Source: Tidjanibacter sp. (GTDB lineage Bacteria > Bacteroidota > Bacteroidia > Bacteroidales > Rikenellaceae). Taken from it: a stretch of 47,656 nt of DNA. A program made the translations under genes and the position numbers. Positions 37,977-47,329 of the stretch are shown one piece after another (within the stretch, counting starts at the first letter, position 1; every line of letters begins with the position of its first letter). The stretch covers positions 1 to 47,656 of the forward strand of contig JAZQZA010000049.1 of NCBI GenBank assembly GCA_045633765.1, given 5' to 3'. Below the pieces are notes generated by a model. It saw nothing but the letters and a program-made list of their open reading frames with translations, was not told the DNA's origin and ran no database searches.

Positions 37977-38618
37977 CTACTCCTCAACCTCATCGAGTTC
38001 GATGGGGGCAGCCTCAGCGGCCATCTGCTGCTCGATGTAGCCCTTCATCTCCTGAATCTGGGGCAGATTCTGACCCTCTTTGCCGAGCGACTCAATGTAG
38101 CCCAAGAACTCCTCGGGAGTCTCGGCGGGGACATTTTCTGTCACAACCATAAAGGCGCCAAAGAGGTTGTCCTTATTCTTCTCAAAGTTCTCCTTGAGGA
38201 ACTTGCTGAAGTTCTCATCAACCTCGGGGTCGAAATCCTCGGGCAGAGAGGCGGAGAACTCCTGCGAAGCGGCGTTGAACTCATTCAGAGCGTCATGTGC
38301 GGGGGTACCCGAGATAATCAGGCTACCGTAGATGTTACCCTCAACCTTAATCTTCTCGCCATCGAGGAAGATGGGAGCAATGGGGCTATTGTTGATTGCA
38401 AACATCGCAAACTGCGCGCCATTGCCATCATTCTCAACCTCAAGCTTAAAGCTGCCATCGGTGACAGTTGCCAAGTCGAGAATCATCTCGAAGTTGGCGT
38501 CCATTACGGCCACCTGACCAGTCAGGCCCTCGATGGTACCCTCAATAACATAGTTTTTCGTGGAGTTGCAACCAACAAACATCAGAGTGGCTGCAACAAA
38601 AGCAAAAATCTTTTTCAT
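37977..38618 (-). CDS. DUF4369-only lipoprotein (paralog lacking the thioredoxin domain)
   Basis: Lipobox FVGC. Shares YVIEGTIEG, DGSF.L and NKDNLFGA with the two neighbours but has no CxxC. Confidence 0.78.
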   Translation of the reverse strand: MKKIFAFVAATLMFVGCNSTKNYVIEGTIEGLTGQVAVMDANFEMILDLATVTDGSFKLEVENDGNGAQFAMFAINNSPIAPIFLDGEKIKVEGNIYGSLIISGTPAHDALNEFNAASQEFSASLPEDFDPEVDENFSKFLKENFEKNKDNLFGAFMVVTENVPAETPEEFLGYIESLGKEGQNLPQIQEMKGYIEQQMAAEAAPIELDEVEE

Positions 38619-38636
38619 TCTGTTTCTGTTTTTGGT

Positions 38637-39239
38637 TTATTTAGTTTTCTTTTCCTTCACAACTCTATCGGGATTTCCCGACACAAAGGCCTCCCACGAG
38701 CTACTTCGGCTCCTTCCTCGCTTCTGCGCCACCGTCAGATGGGGCACCAGAGCACTACTCTCGAAGTAGTGACACAGAGCCACCGCCAGGCCATCCGTTG
38801 CATCGAGTCGCTTGGGGTTATACTCCACCCCGAGCATACTCTTGAGCATTGAGGCCACCTGCTCCTTGGCCGCGCCACCATTACCCGTAATGGCCTGCTT
38901 CACCCTCCTCGGGGCATACTCAAAGACCTTATGGCCCCTGCACAGCGCCGCAGCCATTGCCACACCCTGCGCCCTGCCAAGTTTGAGCATACTCTGCACA
39001 TTCTCGCCAAAGAAGGGCGACTCAAGAGCGACCTCATCGGGACGATACTCATCCACAAGCGACAACACTCTATCGAAGATATACTTAAGTTTATCGTAGG
39101 GGTCCTTCATCTTGGTCATATCAATATCGCCGATGACCACGGCACGCAGTTTGTTCTTGGCCAGCACCTCCAGCACCCCGTATCCCATACGGTTTGTACC
39201 CGGGTCAATGCCCATAATAATTCGGTGCTCGCCACTCAT
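38637..39239 (-). CDS. ruvC: Holliday junction resolvase RuvC
   Basis: Motifs MGIDPG, VALESPF, LGRAQG, KQAITGNG.A.KEQV and DATDGLAVALCH. Confidence 0.95.
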   Translation of the reverse strand: MSGEHRIIMGIDPGTNRMGYGVLEVLAKNKLRAVVIGDIDMTKMKDPYDKLKYIFDRVLSLVDEYRPDEVALESPFFGENVQSMLKLGRAQGVAMAAALCRGHKVFEYAPRRVKQAITGNGGAAKEQVASMLKSMLGVEYNPKRLDATDGLAVALCHYFESSALVPHLTVAQKRGRSRSSSWEAFVSGNPDRVVKEKKTK

Positions 39240-39245
39240 TCTGCG

Positions 39246-40277
39246 CTATTTTTTGAGCTCCTCAATCTCCTTTTTGAGCTCCCTTACGGTGCGCTGCAAC
39301 TCGGGAAGATTGCGATATACAGCATTCACTCTGCGGAACTTGGCTGCGTCAATAGCATAGAAGCCCATAGCCTGCGAGCCCGCCTCCAAAGAAGAGGTCA
39401 CACCCGAGCGAGAGCCAACAACAGTTCCATCGCCCACGGTAATGTGTCCCACAATACCAGCCTGACCGCCAATCATACAGCGGCTACCAACCTTGGCCGA
39501 GCCTGCAATGGCCGACTGACCCGCCATAACGGTATGGGAGCCAACAACCACATTGTGGCCAATCTGTACAAGGTTATCAATCTTGGTACCCTTCGAGATG
39601 ACCGTTGCACCCATAGTTGCGCGGTCGATGGTGGTATTTGCACCAATCTCCACATCATCCTCCAGAACAACAATGCCAATCTGGGGAATCTTGTCATACT
39701 CACCCTGTGCATTGGGGGCAAAGCCAAAGCCGTCGGAACCAATCACAGCGCCCGAGTGGAGAATACACCTTTGGCCAATCTTGCAACCCTCATACACCTT
39801 CACACCCGAATAGAGAGTGCTACCCGCACCCACCTTGGCGCCATCGCCTATATAGACGTGGGGATAGAGTTTCACACCATCGCCAACCTCGGCGCCCTCG
39901 TCAATGACAACATAGGCACCGATATAGCAACCCTCGCCCACCTTGGCACTCTCGGCCACAACAGCAGCGGGATGCACACCCTTCTTCTGGGGTTTATAGG
40001 CGGCGTACATCTCCAGCAGTTTGGCAAATGAGCCATAGGCGTCATCCACCTTGATAAGCGTTGCCTTCACTGCCTCCTTGGGCTCCCACGAGCGATTGAC
40101 AATCACAATCGAAGAGTCGGTCGTATAGACATAGTGTTCATATTTGGGATTCGCCATAAACGACAGTGCGCCTGCGTGTCCCTCCTCAATTTTTGCAAAT
40201 GTGCTAACGGTAACATCCTTGTTACCAACAATCTCGCCGCCCAAACCTGCGGCAATCATTTCAGCCGAAAATTGCAT
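39246..40277 (-). CDS. lpxD: UDP-3-O-acyl-glucosamine N-acyltransferase
   Basis: Hexapeptide repeats; motifs [22 protein letters not shown] and [11 protein letters not shown]. Confidence 0.95.
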   Translation of the reverse strand: MQFSAEMIAAGLGGEIVGNKDVTVSTFAKIEEGHAGALSFMANPKYEHYVYTTDSSIVIVNRSWEPKEAVKATLIKVDDAYGSFAKLLEMYAAYKPQKKGVHPAAVVAESAKVGEGCYIGAYVVIDEGAEVGDGVKLYPHVYIGDGAKVGAGSTLYSGVKVYEGCKIGQRCILHSGAVIGSDGFGFAPNAQGEYDKIPQIGIVVLEDDVEIGANTTIDRATMGATVISKGTKIDNLVQIGHNVVVGSHTVMAGQSAIAGSAKVGSRCMIGGQAGIVGHITVGDGTVVGSRSGVTSSLEAGSQAMGFYAIDAAKFRRVNAVYRNLPELQRTVRELKKEIEELKK

Positions 40278-40356
40278 TTTTATTCTATTTAGTTGTGATT
40301 CTAAATCAAGTTGTTATCTAACATTTGCGCACTCCATATCACCTGCGCACGGTTGC

Positions 40357-40824
40357 TTACAAATATTTCTTAATATCAACACCCTTGGGCATAAACTGGG
40401 CCACATCGCCATCGAAACTCAAAATTTCCCTAATCACACTGCTCGACACAGCAACATAGTCCGAAGGTGTGAAGAGCAAAACGGTGGTAATCTCGGGATA
40501 GAGCCTCTGGTTTATCTGCATCATATTCCTCTCATAGTCGAAATCCACAGTATTACGCATACCGCGCAGCATAAACTTCAGCTCCCTATCCCTACAATAC
40601 TCACCCGTGAGGCCGTGGTAGCTCACAACCTCCACTCTGGGGTCGTCCTTATAGAGGTCGGCAATGAGCCTCTTGCGATTCTCAATTGTCAGAAGGCCTC
40701 TCTTGTCCTGATTCTCACCAATGGCAATAATGAGCCTATCGAAAATCTTGAGTCCCTCGGCCACAAGAGCCTCGTGTCCGGAGGTGAAGGGGTCAAACGA
40801 CCCCGGAAATATTGCAGTCTTCAT
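40357..40824 (-). CDS. coaD: Phosphopantetheine adenylyltransferase
   Basis: Motifs FPGSFDPFTSGH, RGMR...DFDYE and VSSSVIRE. Confidence 0.95.
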   Translation of the reverse strand: MKTAIFPGSFDPFTSGHEALVAEGLKIFDRLIIAIGENQDKRGLLTIENRKRLIADLYKDDPRVEVVSYHGLTGEYCRDRELKFMLRGMRNTVDFDYERNMMQINQRLYPEITTVLLFTPSDYVAVSSSVIREILSFDGDVAQFMPKGVDIKKYL

Positions 40825-40899
40825 TTTTGTAATTCAAAATTTCTTTGCCACATAGCCCTTCGAACGAACTACGGAGAAATCACCCCCGAAGCACAGCCG

Positions 40900-42441
40900 T
40901 TAGACCAATTTCTCAAAGAGCTGACGCATACCAACCTTCTCGGCCACAATAGCCTCCAACTCCTCGATACGCACGCGATACTGTTTCATAGTATCCCTCT
41001 CGCGGATAGTCACGGTGCCATCCTCCTTGGTCTGGTGGTCAACGGTCACACAGAAGGGGGTACCGATAGCGTCCTGACGGCGGTAGCGTTTGCCAATCGA
41101 GTCCTTCTCGTCGTACTGAACATTGTGGCTGAATTTGAGCTTATGAACAAGGTCCATAGCAATCTCCTGCAAGCCATCCTTCTTCACCAGGGGCAACACC
41201 GCCACCTTCACGGGGGCAATGGGTGCGGGAATCGAAAGCACTACGCGGCTCTCGCCATTTTCCAACTGCTCCTCCTTATAGGAAGCCGAAAGTACCTGAA
41301 GAACCATACGGTCAACACCGATAGAGGTCTCAACAACATAGGGAACATAGCTCTCGCCTGTCTCGGGATCGAAGTACTGAATCTTCTTGCCGGAGAACTG
41401 CTGGTGGCGGCCCAGGTCGAAGACCGGACGCGAGTGGATACCCTCCACCTCTTTGAAACCGAAGGGGAAGTTGAACTCCACATCGGTAGCAGCATTGGCA
41501 TAGTGTGCAAGTTTCTCGTGGTCGTGGAAACGGTAGTTCTCGTCGCCAAAGCCAAGTGCGCGGTGCCAGCTCATACGAGTCTCTTTCCACCTCTTCCACC
41601 ACTCCATCTCCTCACCGGGACGAACGAAGAACTGCATCTCCATCTGCTCGAACTCCCTCATACGGAAAATGAACTGACGGGCAACAATCTCGTTACGGAA
41701 GGCCTTACCAATCTGTGCAATACCGAAGGGAATCTTCATACGGCCTGTCTTCTGCACATTGAGGAAGTTCACAAAGATACCCTGTGCGGTCTCAGGACGG
41801 AGATATACGGTGTTGGCACCCTCTGCCACCGAACCCATCTGGGTGGAGAACATAAGGTTGAACTGGCGCACCTCGGTCCAGTTCCTGGAGCCCGAAATGG
41901 GGCATACAATCTCACAGTCGAGGATAATCTGGCGCACCTCTGCCAAATCGTTTGCATTGAGTGCGTCGGCCATACGCCTATTAACCTCATCCCTGCGAGC
42001 CTTAATCTCCAGCACGCGGCCGTTGGTCTGGCAGAACATCTCCTTGTCGAAGCTCTCACCGAAGCGCTTTGCAGCCTTGGCGCACTCCTTCTCAATCTTC
42101 TCATCCTGCTTGGCAATCCAATCCTCAATCAGCACATCGGCACGATAGCGCTTCTTGGAGTCCTTGTTATCAATGAGGGGATCGTTGAAGGCGCCCACGT
42201 GGCCACTTGCCTCCCACACCTTGGGGTGCATAAAGATAGCGGCATCGATACCCACGATATTGTCGTGGAGTTTGGTCATCGAATCCCACCAATAGGTCTT
42301 GATATTATTCTTGAGCTCCACGCCGAGCTGACCGTAGTCATAAACAGCGCTCAGGCCGTCATAAATCTCGCTCGAGGGAAAGATGAAACCATACTCTTTG
42401 CAGTGTGCAATCAGTTTTTTGAAAAGTTCTTCCTGTGTCAT
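40900..42441 (-). CDS. glyQS: Glycine--tRNA ligase (alpha2 type)
   Basis: Motifs YLRPETAQGIF, GKAFRNEI, FRMREFEQME, ETSIGVDR and SIGKRYRRQDAIGTP. Confidence 0.96.
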   Translation of the reverse strand: MTQEELFKKLIAHCKEYGFIFPSSEIYDGLSAVYDYGQLGVELKNNIKTYWWDSMTKLHDNIVGIDAAIFMHPKVWEASGHVGAFNDPLIDNKDSKKRYRADVLIEDWIAKQDEKIEKECAKAAKRFGESFDKEMFCQTNGRVLEIKARRDEVNRRMADALNANDLAEVRQIILDCEIVCPISGSRNWTEVRQFNLMFSTQMGSVAEGANTVYLRPETAQGIFVNFLNVQKTGRMKIPFGIAQIGKAFRNEIVARQFIFRMREFEQMEMQFFVRPGEEMEWWKRWKETRMSWHRALGFGDENYRFHDHEKLAHYANAATDVEFNFPFGFKEVEGIHSRPVFDLGRHQQFSGKKIQYFDPETGESYVPYVVETSIGVDRMVLQVLSASYKEEQLENGESRVVLSIPAPIAPVKVAVLPLVKKDGLQEIAMDLVHKLKFSHNVQYDEKDSIGKRYRRQDAIGTPFCVTVDHQTKEDGTVTIRERDTMKQYRVRIEELEAIVAEKVGMRQLFEKLV

Positions 42442-42501
42442 TGTTTTGTCTTTTTTGCTATATTATTTTTTGAATCTATATATTCACAACTATTCAATCT
42501 A

Positions 42502-42509
42502 CAAAAATA
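42502..42509 (-). promoter_or_regulatory. -7 promoter box for glyQS operon
   Basis: TATTTTTG on the minus strand, about 60 nt upstream of the start. Confidence 0.55.
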
Positions 42510-42519
42510 GTCAAAAAAG

Positions 42520-42657
42520 TTGAAAGTTGAAAGTTGAGAGTTGAAAGTTATTAGGGATTTTAGGGAAATTAGAGAAGTTAGGGAATCTAAAGACTCCCCA
42601 CAACCCTAAACTCCCTAGACTCCCTAGACTCCCTAATCTCCTTAATCTCCCTAAAGT
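42520..42657. repeat. Microsatellite cluster: (TTGA[A/G]AG)x4, then 9-mer TTAGGGAnn-like x4 and an inverted CCCTA[A/G]nCT-like array (about 6 copies)
   Basis: Read directly from the sequence. Confidence 0.88.
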
Positions 42658-42687
42658 CTGAAGCCCTTAACAACCCAAGACCTAAAC

Positions 42688-42801
42688 AGTGCGCTTTGTG
42701 GAGGGAATTTTTTGCAAAATAAGAAAGCGGCACCGCAGTTTGCCTATCGCAAATGAGGATGCCGCTTTTTTTTGGTGAAAAATTCACCCTCAAGGCGTGC
42801 T
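42688..42801 (+). repeat. Long imperfect palindromic element, copy 2
   Basis: Nested stems GTGCGCTTTG/CAAGGCGTGC, GAATTTTT/AAAAATTC, AAAGCGGCA/TGCCGCTTT and TTTGC/GCAAA, with the same CCGCAG/TGAGGA and GGAGGG/ACCC motifs as copy 1. Confidence 0.75.
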
Positions 42802-44164
42802 ATTTCACGCCGCCGCCGAGTGCGTAGTAGAGGTTTATCATTCCCTGAATCTCCGAAAAACGGTCGGTCGATTCGGCAAGCTCGGCCCTCAGCAGATTCT
42901 GTTGGGCGGTGAGCACCTCGAGGTAGCTCGCCGAGCCATATTTCATCAGAAGTTGCGTATTCCACACTGCATCCTCCAGAGCCTCAATCTGCGCCAGATC
43001 AATCAGATACCTCTCCTTGGAAGCCTGAATCATCTTCAGCGCATTATTCACATCCGCACCCGCATTCAGCAGCGCCTGACGGTACTGTAAAAGGGCTGCC
43101 TCGTGTTGTGCGGTAGCCTGTTTCACGCGGGCCTTATTTACTCCGCGCGCAAAGATGGGCTGCACTACACCACCCACAATCTTGAAGATAAAGTCGCCCG
43201 GATCCGTAATAATCTCCCCCGCAGCATTAATCCATCCCGTCGAGCCGGTGAGCGTTATGGATGGATAGAAAGCCGCCTTGGCCTCGCCCACAGCGTAGAA
43301 CTTGGTGGCCAGATTGGCCTCGGCCTGAAGGATGTCGGGGCGCTGACTCACAAGCTCCATAGGCACACCAATAGACCACTCCTCGGGGAAGGTCTGGTCG
43401 GCAAGGATACCTCGTTTAATCTCAAAGGGAAGCACACCCATCAGGGATGCCAGCGCCTCCTCCTGCTCGACAATCTGCTGCTCGAGGGTGTGGATGGAGC
43501 TATCAACGCCCAACTTGCTCGCCCTGGCCTGCTGAACGGCCGCCTCGGTAGCCTTACCTGCACTCTTTAGAGCCGAGAGTGTTCTAATGTTCTCCTCCCA
43601 AGTATCGCGCGTATCCTGGCTCGTCTTGAGCTGCTCATCGAGCATCAAAAGGGTATAATAACTATTGGCAATGGTGGCAATCAACTTGCTCTGCACAGCC
43701 TGTTCCACAAGTTTACTATGCTCCAAAGCAACCTGCGCCTTACGCTCTGCATTGCGCTTACTACCAAACAGATCCAAATCCCACGAGGCAGTTGGCACAA
43801 GGCTATAACCCAGCGCCCCCTTCTCGCCACCGCCGACATTCATCGTGGCCTGCAGGGAGGCATTAACCGAGGGCAAAAAGGCATACCTTGCGGCCTCCAG
43901 ACTCGCCTCCGCCTGAACAATATTCAGGCGAGCAATGCGCATATCGATATTGTACTCCAGACCGCGCTCAATGTACTTCTGTAGCAGCGTATCGGTAAAA
44001 AACTCACGCCACGAGATGCTTGCCAGACGCACATTGGTCGTATCGGCATCGTAGAGCACATCGAGGTTGCTCACATTGGGACGCTCAAACGAGGAGTAGA
44101 GTCCGCAACCGCCCACTCCCATCATCAGGACAAAAATGGCTATATATTTTCTCATACTTTTCAT
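42800..44164 (-). CDS. RND efflux outer membrane lipoprotein (OprM/NodT, TolC family)
   Basis: Lipobox VGGC; motifs WREFF.D..L, SWDLDLFG, QRPDI..AE, SYLEVLTAQ and LYYALGGG. Confidence 0.92.
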   Translation of the reverse strand: MKSMRKYIAIFVLMMGVGGCGLYSSFERPNVSNLDVLYDADTTNVRLASISWREFFTDTLLQKYIERGLEYNIDMRIARLNIVQAEASLEAARYAFLPSVNASLQATMNVGGGEKGALGYSLVPTASWDLDLFGSKRNAERKAQVALEHSKLVEQAVQSKLIATIANSYYTLLMLDEQLKTSQDTRDTWEENIRTLSALKSAGKATEAAVQQARASKLGVDSSIHTLEQQIVEQEEALASLMGVLPFEIKRGILADQTFPEEWSIGVPMELVSQRPDILQAEANLATKFYAVGEAKAAFYPSITLTGSTGWINAAGEIITDPGDFIFKIVGGVVQPIFARGVNKARVKQATAQHEAALLQYRQALLNAGADVNNALKMIQASKERYLIDLAQIEALEDAVWNTQLLMKYGSASYLEVLTAQQNLLRAELAESTDRFSEIQGMINLYYALGGGVK

Positions 44165-44170
44165 CGCTTT

Positions 44171-47100
44171 CTACTCAATCTCTTCCAACATCTCTCTTTT
44201 GTTTTTATTGGGGCTCAGTCTCTCCTCAATGAATTGGAACACCACGAAGAGTGCGGGAGTGACGAACAAGAGCGCAATGGTACCGATAAGCATACCGCCC
44301 ACAGTACCCACACCAATCGAAATGTTACCATTGGCACCCACACCCGTAGCGAACATCATCGGGAGCATACCGAAAATCATCGTCAGCGAGGTCATCAAAA
44401 TTGCCCTCAAACGAGCCTTGGCTGCCGACAATGCAGCACTCACAATGGAGGCTCCTGCCCTACGACGCTCCGAAGCATACTCCGTAAGCAGAATTGCCGT
44501 CTTGGCCAACAGACCGATAAGCATCAGCAGACCAATCTGGAGGTAGATGTTATTCTCCAAACCGAACATATTGGCAAACAGGAAGCTACCCGCAAGACCA
44601 AAAGGCACAGAGAGGATAATCACAATGGGAATCAGCAGACTCTCATACATTGCACACAAAATCAGGTAGATGAAGACCACGCAGATAACAAAGATTATCG
44701 CCGTGGAGCTACCCGTAGCTGCCTCCTCCCTCGACATACCGCCAAACTCATAGCCGTAGCCCGCAGGCAGGCGCTCCGCCATAACCTCCCTAACAGCCTC
44801 AATAGCCTCACCCGACGAGTAGCCATTGGCAGCCTGACCATTGACCGAGATTGCCGAGAAGAGGTTAAAACGCGAGATGGACTGGGGGCCATAGATTCTG
44901 GTCAGCGTCACATACTGCGACACGGGGGACATCTCGCCCTTGGAGTTGCGAACGAACATATTGCTCAAAGCGTCCGTATCGAGCCTGCTTTCGGGATTCG
45001 CCTGAACCATAACACGATAGAGCTTCGAGAAGCGGTTCATATTGGAGGCATAGCTACCACCCACATAACCCGAGAGCACACTCAACACACCCGAAGGTGA
45101 CACGCCGTTGCGCTTACACTTGGCTGCATCCACCTCCACCAGATATTGGGGATATTTCGTATCAAACGAGGTCGAAGCCCTACCAATCTCGGGGCGCTCA
45201 TTGAGTCCCGCGATAACATCATCGGTAACACGCTTCAGATCCTCAATAGTGCCACCCTTCTGGTCCTGAACATAGATTTCAAAACCACCGCTGGCACCAT
45301 AGCCCGGAATCATACCACGAGTGAAGACAAGAATTTTCGCCGAGGCAATATCCGAAGTGAGGTCGTAGATGCGCTCAATAACCGAGTCGATATCATCGCC
45401 CTCATTCTCGCGCAGCTCCCAATCGCGCAGTTTCACCGTGAACATACCACACGAGGAGCCCGCACCCGACATCATACCATAACCGGTCGTGTAAGAGTAG
45501 GTTTCCACCTGCGGAATCACGCTCAATCGCTGGGCAATCTGCTCCATAACCGCAACCGTCTCACCGAGGTTGGTGCCCGGAGGTGTCTGCACATCGATAT
45601 TGATGGAGCCCATATCCTCCTTAGGCACAAGGCCCGTCTTGGTGTTCTCCAGCATATAGAAGAGGCCACCGGCTGCAACAACCACCAGAAGAGCCGTAAT
45701 CCAACGCCTCTTGAGCATAAATTTCACACCCTTCTTATAGTGTCTTACCAAACCCCTGAATCCTGCATCGAAAGCGATATGGAAGCGAGCCGAGAAGGAG
45801 AGTTTTCCGTTCTCATCGGGGGTGTGGGGACGCATAAGAATCACACAGAGTGCGGGACTCAGGGTGATGGAGTTCAGGAGCGAGATACCCACAGCCACCG
45901 CCATCGTAAGACCAAACTGGGTGTAGAATGTACCCGTCGTTCCGCCCATAAAGCACACAGGGATAAACACCGCCATAAAGACAAAGGTTGTAACCACCAG
46001 AGCCTTCGAAATGCCCTGCATTGCATCGACGGTTGCCTTGTAGGGCGAGGTATAGCCCGCATCGAACTTGGCCTGCACCGCCTCCACAACCACAATGGCG
46101 TTATCCACCACCGTACCAATCACAAGCACCAGCGCAAAGAGCGTAATCATATTAAGGCTGAAGCCCGCAACCATCAAGAAGGCGAAAGTACCGATGAGCG
46201 ACACAATAATCGCAATCGAGGGGATGAGGGTGGAACGGAAGCTCTGCAAGAAGAGATAGACAACCAACACCACGAGGATAATCGCCAAAATGAGAGTCTC
46301 CACAACGCTCGCAATCGAGGCATCAAGGAAGTCCTTTGTACTCATAAGGTCCACAATCTCCACACCCTTGGGCAGCGACTTGCGGATATCCTCCACCTCC
46401 TTATCAATGGCCTCGATAATCTCGTTTGCGTTCGAGCCCGAGGTCTGCGAAATCATCAGCGTCGTACCAGGGTGACCATTCACCTTACCGATGTAGTCGT
46501 AGCTCATAGAGCCGAGCTCAATCTGCGCAACATCCTTCAGGCGCAACACCGTACCATCGCTCTCGGCACGAATGACCATATTGGCATAGTCCTCCTCCTT
46601 ATCATAGCGGCCACGATACTTGAGCGTATAGCGGAAGGTGTTTCGTGAGTCGGCACCGAGCGTACCGGCAGGGGCCTCAAGGTTCTGCTCGGCAAGCACC
46701 GCCGAAATATCCGAAGGCATAAGCGAATATTTGGCCATCTTGGCCGGGTCGAGCCATATACGCAACGAGTAGTCGGCACCCCTCACATCGACCTCACCCA
46801 CACCTGCAATACGCGACAGACGAGGCTCGATATTAATCTTGAGGTAGTTGCTCAGGAACCTCTCGTCAAACGAATCGTCGGGGCTATAGATTGCCAGCGT
46901 TTTAATGCGGCTAGTCTGGCGCTTACGCACACTCACACCACTACGCGTAACCTCGGCAGGCAACAGACCCTGCGCCGAGGCGATTCGGTTCTGGACATTC
47001 ACCATTGCCATATTGGCATCGGTACCCTGACGGAAATATATCTGCACATTGGCCGAGCCGCTATTGGATGCGGTGGAGGTCATATACATCATATTCTCCA

Positions 47101-47317
47101 CACCATTGATTGCCTCCTCCAGAGGTACAACCACACTTCGCTGCACCGTCTCGGCATTGGCACCGGCATAGTTGGCCGACACACTCACCGTGGGAGGTGC
47201 AATCTCGGGAAACTGCTCAACGGGGAGTTGCACAAGGCTGATAAGGCCCACAAGCACAATCACCACCGAGATTACTCCCGCAAAAATAGGTCTATCGATA
47301 AAAGTCTTAATATTCAT
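44171..47317 (-). CDS. RND efflux permease (AcrB/HAE1 family)
   Basis: Motifs FIDRPIFA, LPVEQFPEIAPP, IGTVVDNAIVVVE and RLRAILMTS; 1048 aa. Confidence 0.95.
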   Translation of the reverse strand: MNIKTFIDRPIFAGVISVVIVLVGLISLVQLPVEQFPEIAPPTVSVSANYAGANAETVQRSVVVPLEEAINGVENMMYMTSTASNSGSANVQIYFRQGTDANMAMVNVQNRIASAQGLLPAEVTRSGVSVRKRQTSRIKTLAIYSPDDSFDERFLSNYLKINIEPRLSRIAGVGEVDVRGADYSLRIWLDPAKMAKYSLMPSDISAVLAEQNLEAPAGTLGADSRNTFRYTLKYRGRYDKEEDYANMVIRAESDGTVLRLKDVAQIELGSMSYDYIGKVNGHPGTTLMISQTSGSNANEIIEAIDKEVEDIRKSLPKGVEIVDLMSTKDFLDASIASVVETLILAIILVVLVVYLFLQSFRSTLIPSIAIIVSLIGTFAFLMVAGFSLNMITLFALVLVIGTVVDNAIVVVEAVQAKFDAGYTSPYKATVDAMQGISKALVVTTFVFMAVFIPVCFMGGTTGTFYTQFGLTMAVAVGISLLNSITLSPALCVILMRPHTPDENGKLSFSARFHIAFDAGFRGLVRHYKKGVKFMLKRRWITALLVVVAAGGLFYMLENTKTGLVPKEDMGSINIDVQTPPGTNLGETVAVMEQIAQRLSVIPQVETYSYTTGYGMMSGAGSSCGMFTVKLRDWELRENEGDDIDSVIERIYDLTSDIASAKILVFTRGMIPGYGASGGFEIYVQDQKGGTIEDLKRVTDDVIAGLNERPEIGRASTSFDTKYPQYLVEVDAAKCKRNGVSPSGVLSVLSGYVGGSYASNMNRFSKLYRVMVQANPESRLDTDALSNMFVRNSKGEMSPVSQYVTLTRIYGPQSISRFNLFSAISVNGQAANGYSSGEAIEAVREVMAERLPAGYGYEFGGMSREEAATGSSTAIIFVICVVFIYLILCAMYESLLIPIVIILSVPFGLAGSFLFANMFGLENNIYLQIGLLMLIGLLAKTAILLTEYASERRRAGASIVSAALSAAKARLRAILMTSLTMIFGMLPMMFATGVGANGNISIGVGTVGGMLIGTIALLFVTPALFVVFQFIEERLSPNKNKREMLEEIE

Positions 47318-47329
47318 ACTCTCACTCCC

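Noticed and set aside
40144-42510. 788-aa + strand ORF and other long antisense ORFs (3327-4757, 5283-6677, 14299-16359, 19161-20438, 21097-22713, 45146-46648)
   Set aside because: They overlap well-supported genes on the opposite strand and have no recognisable motifs. They are shadow ORFs caused by rare TTA/CTA/TCA codons on the coding strand.
42587-42965. Short ORFs across the repeat and palindrome regions (42587-42793, 42744-42965; also 32998-33240)
   Set aside because: They are low-complexity translations of repeats (REIKEIRESRESRE) or overlap real genes, with weak start codons.
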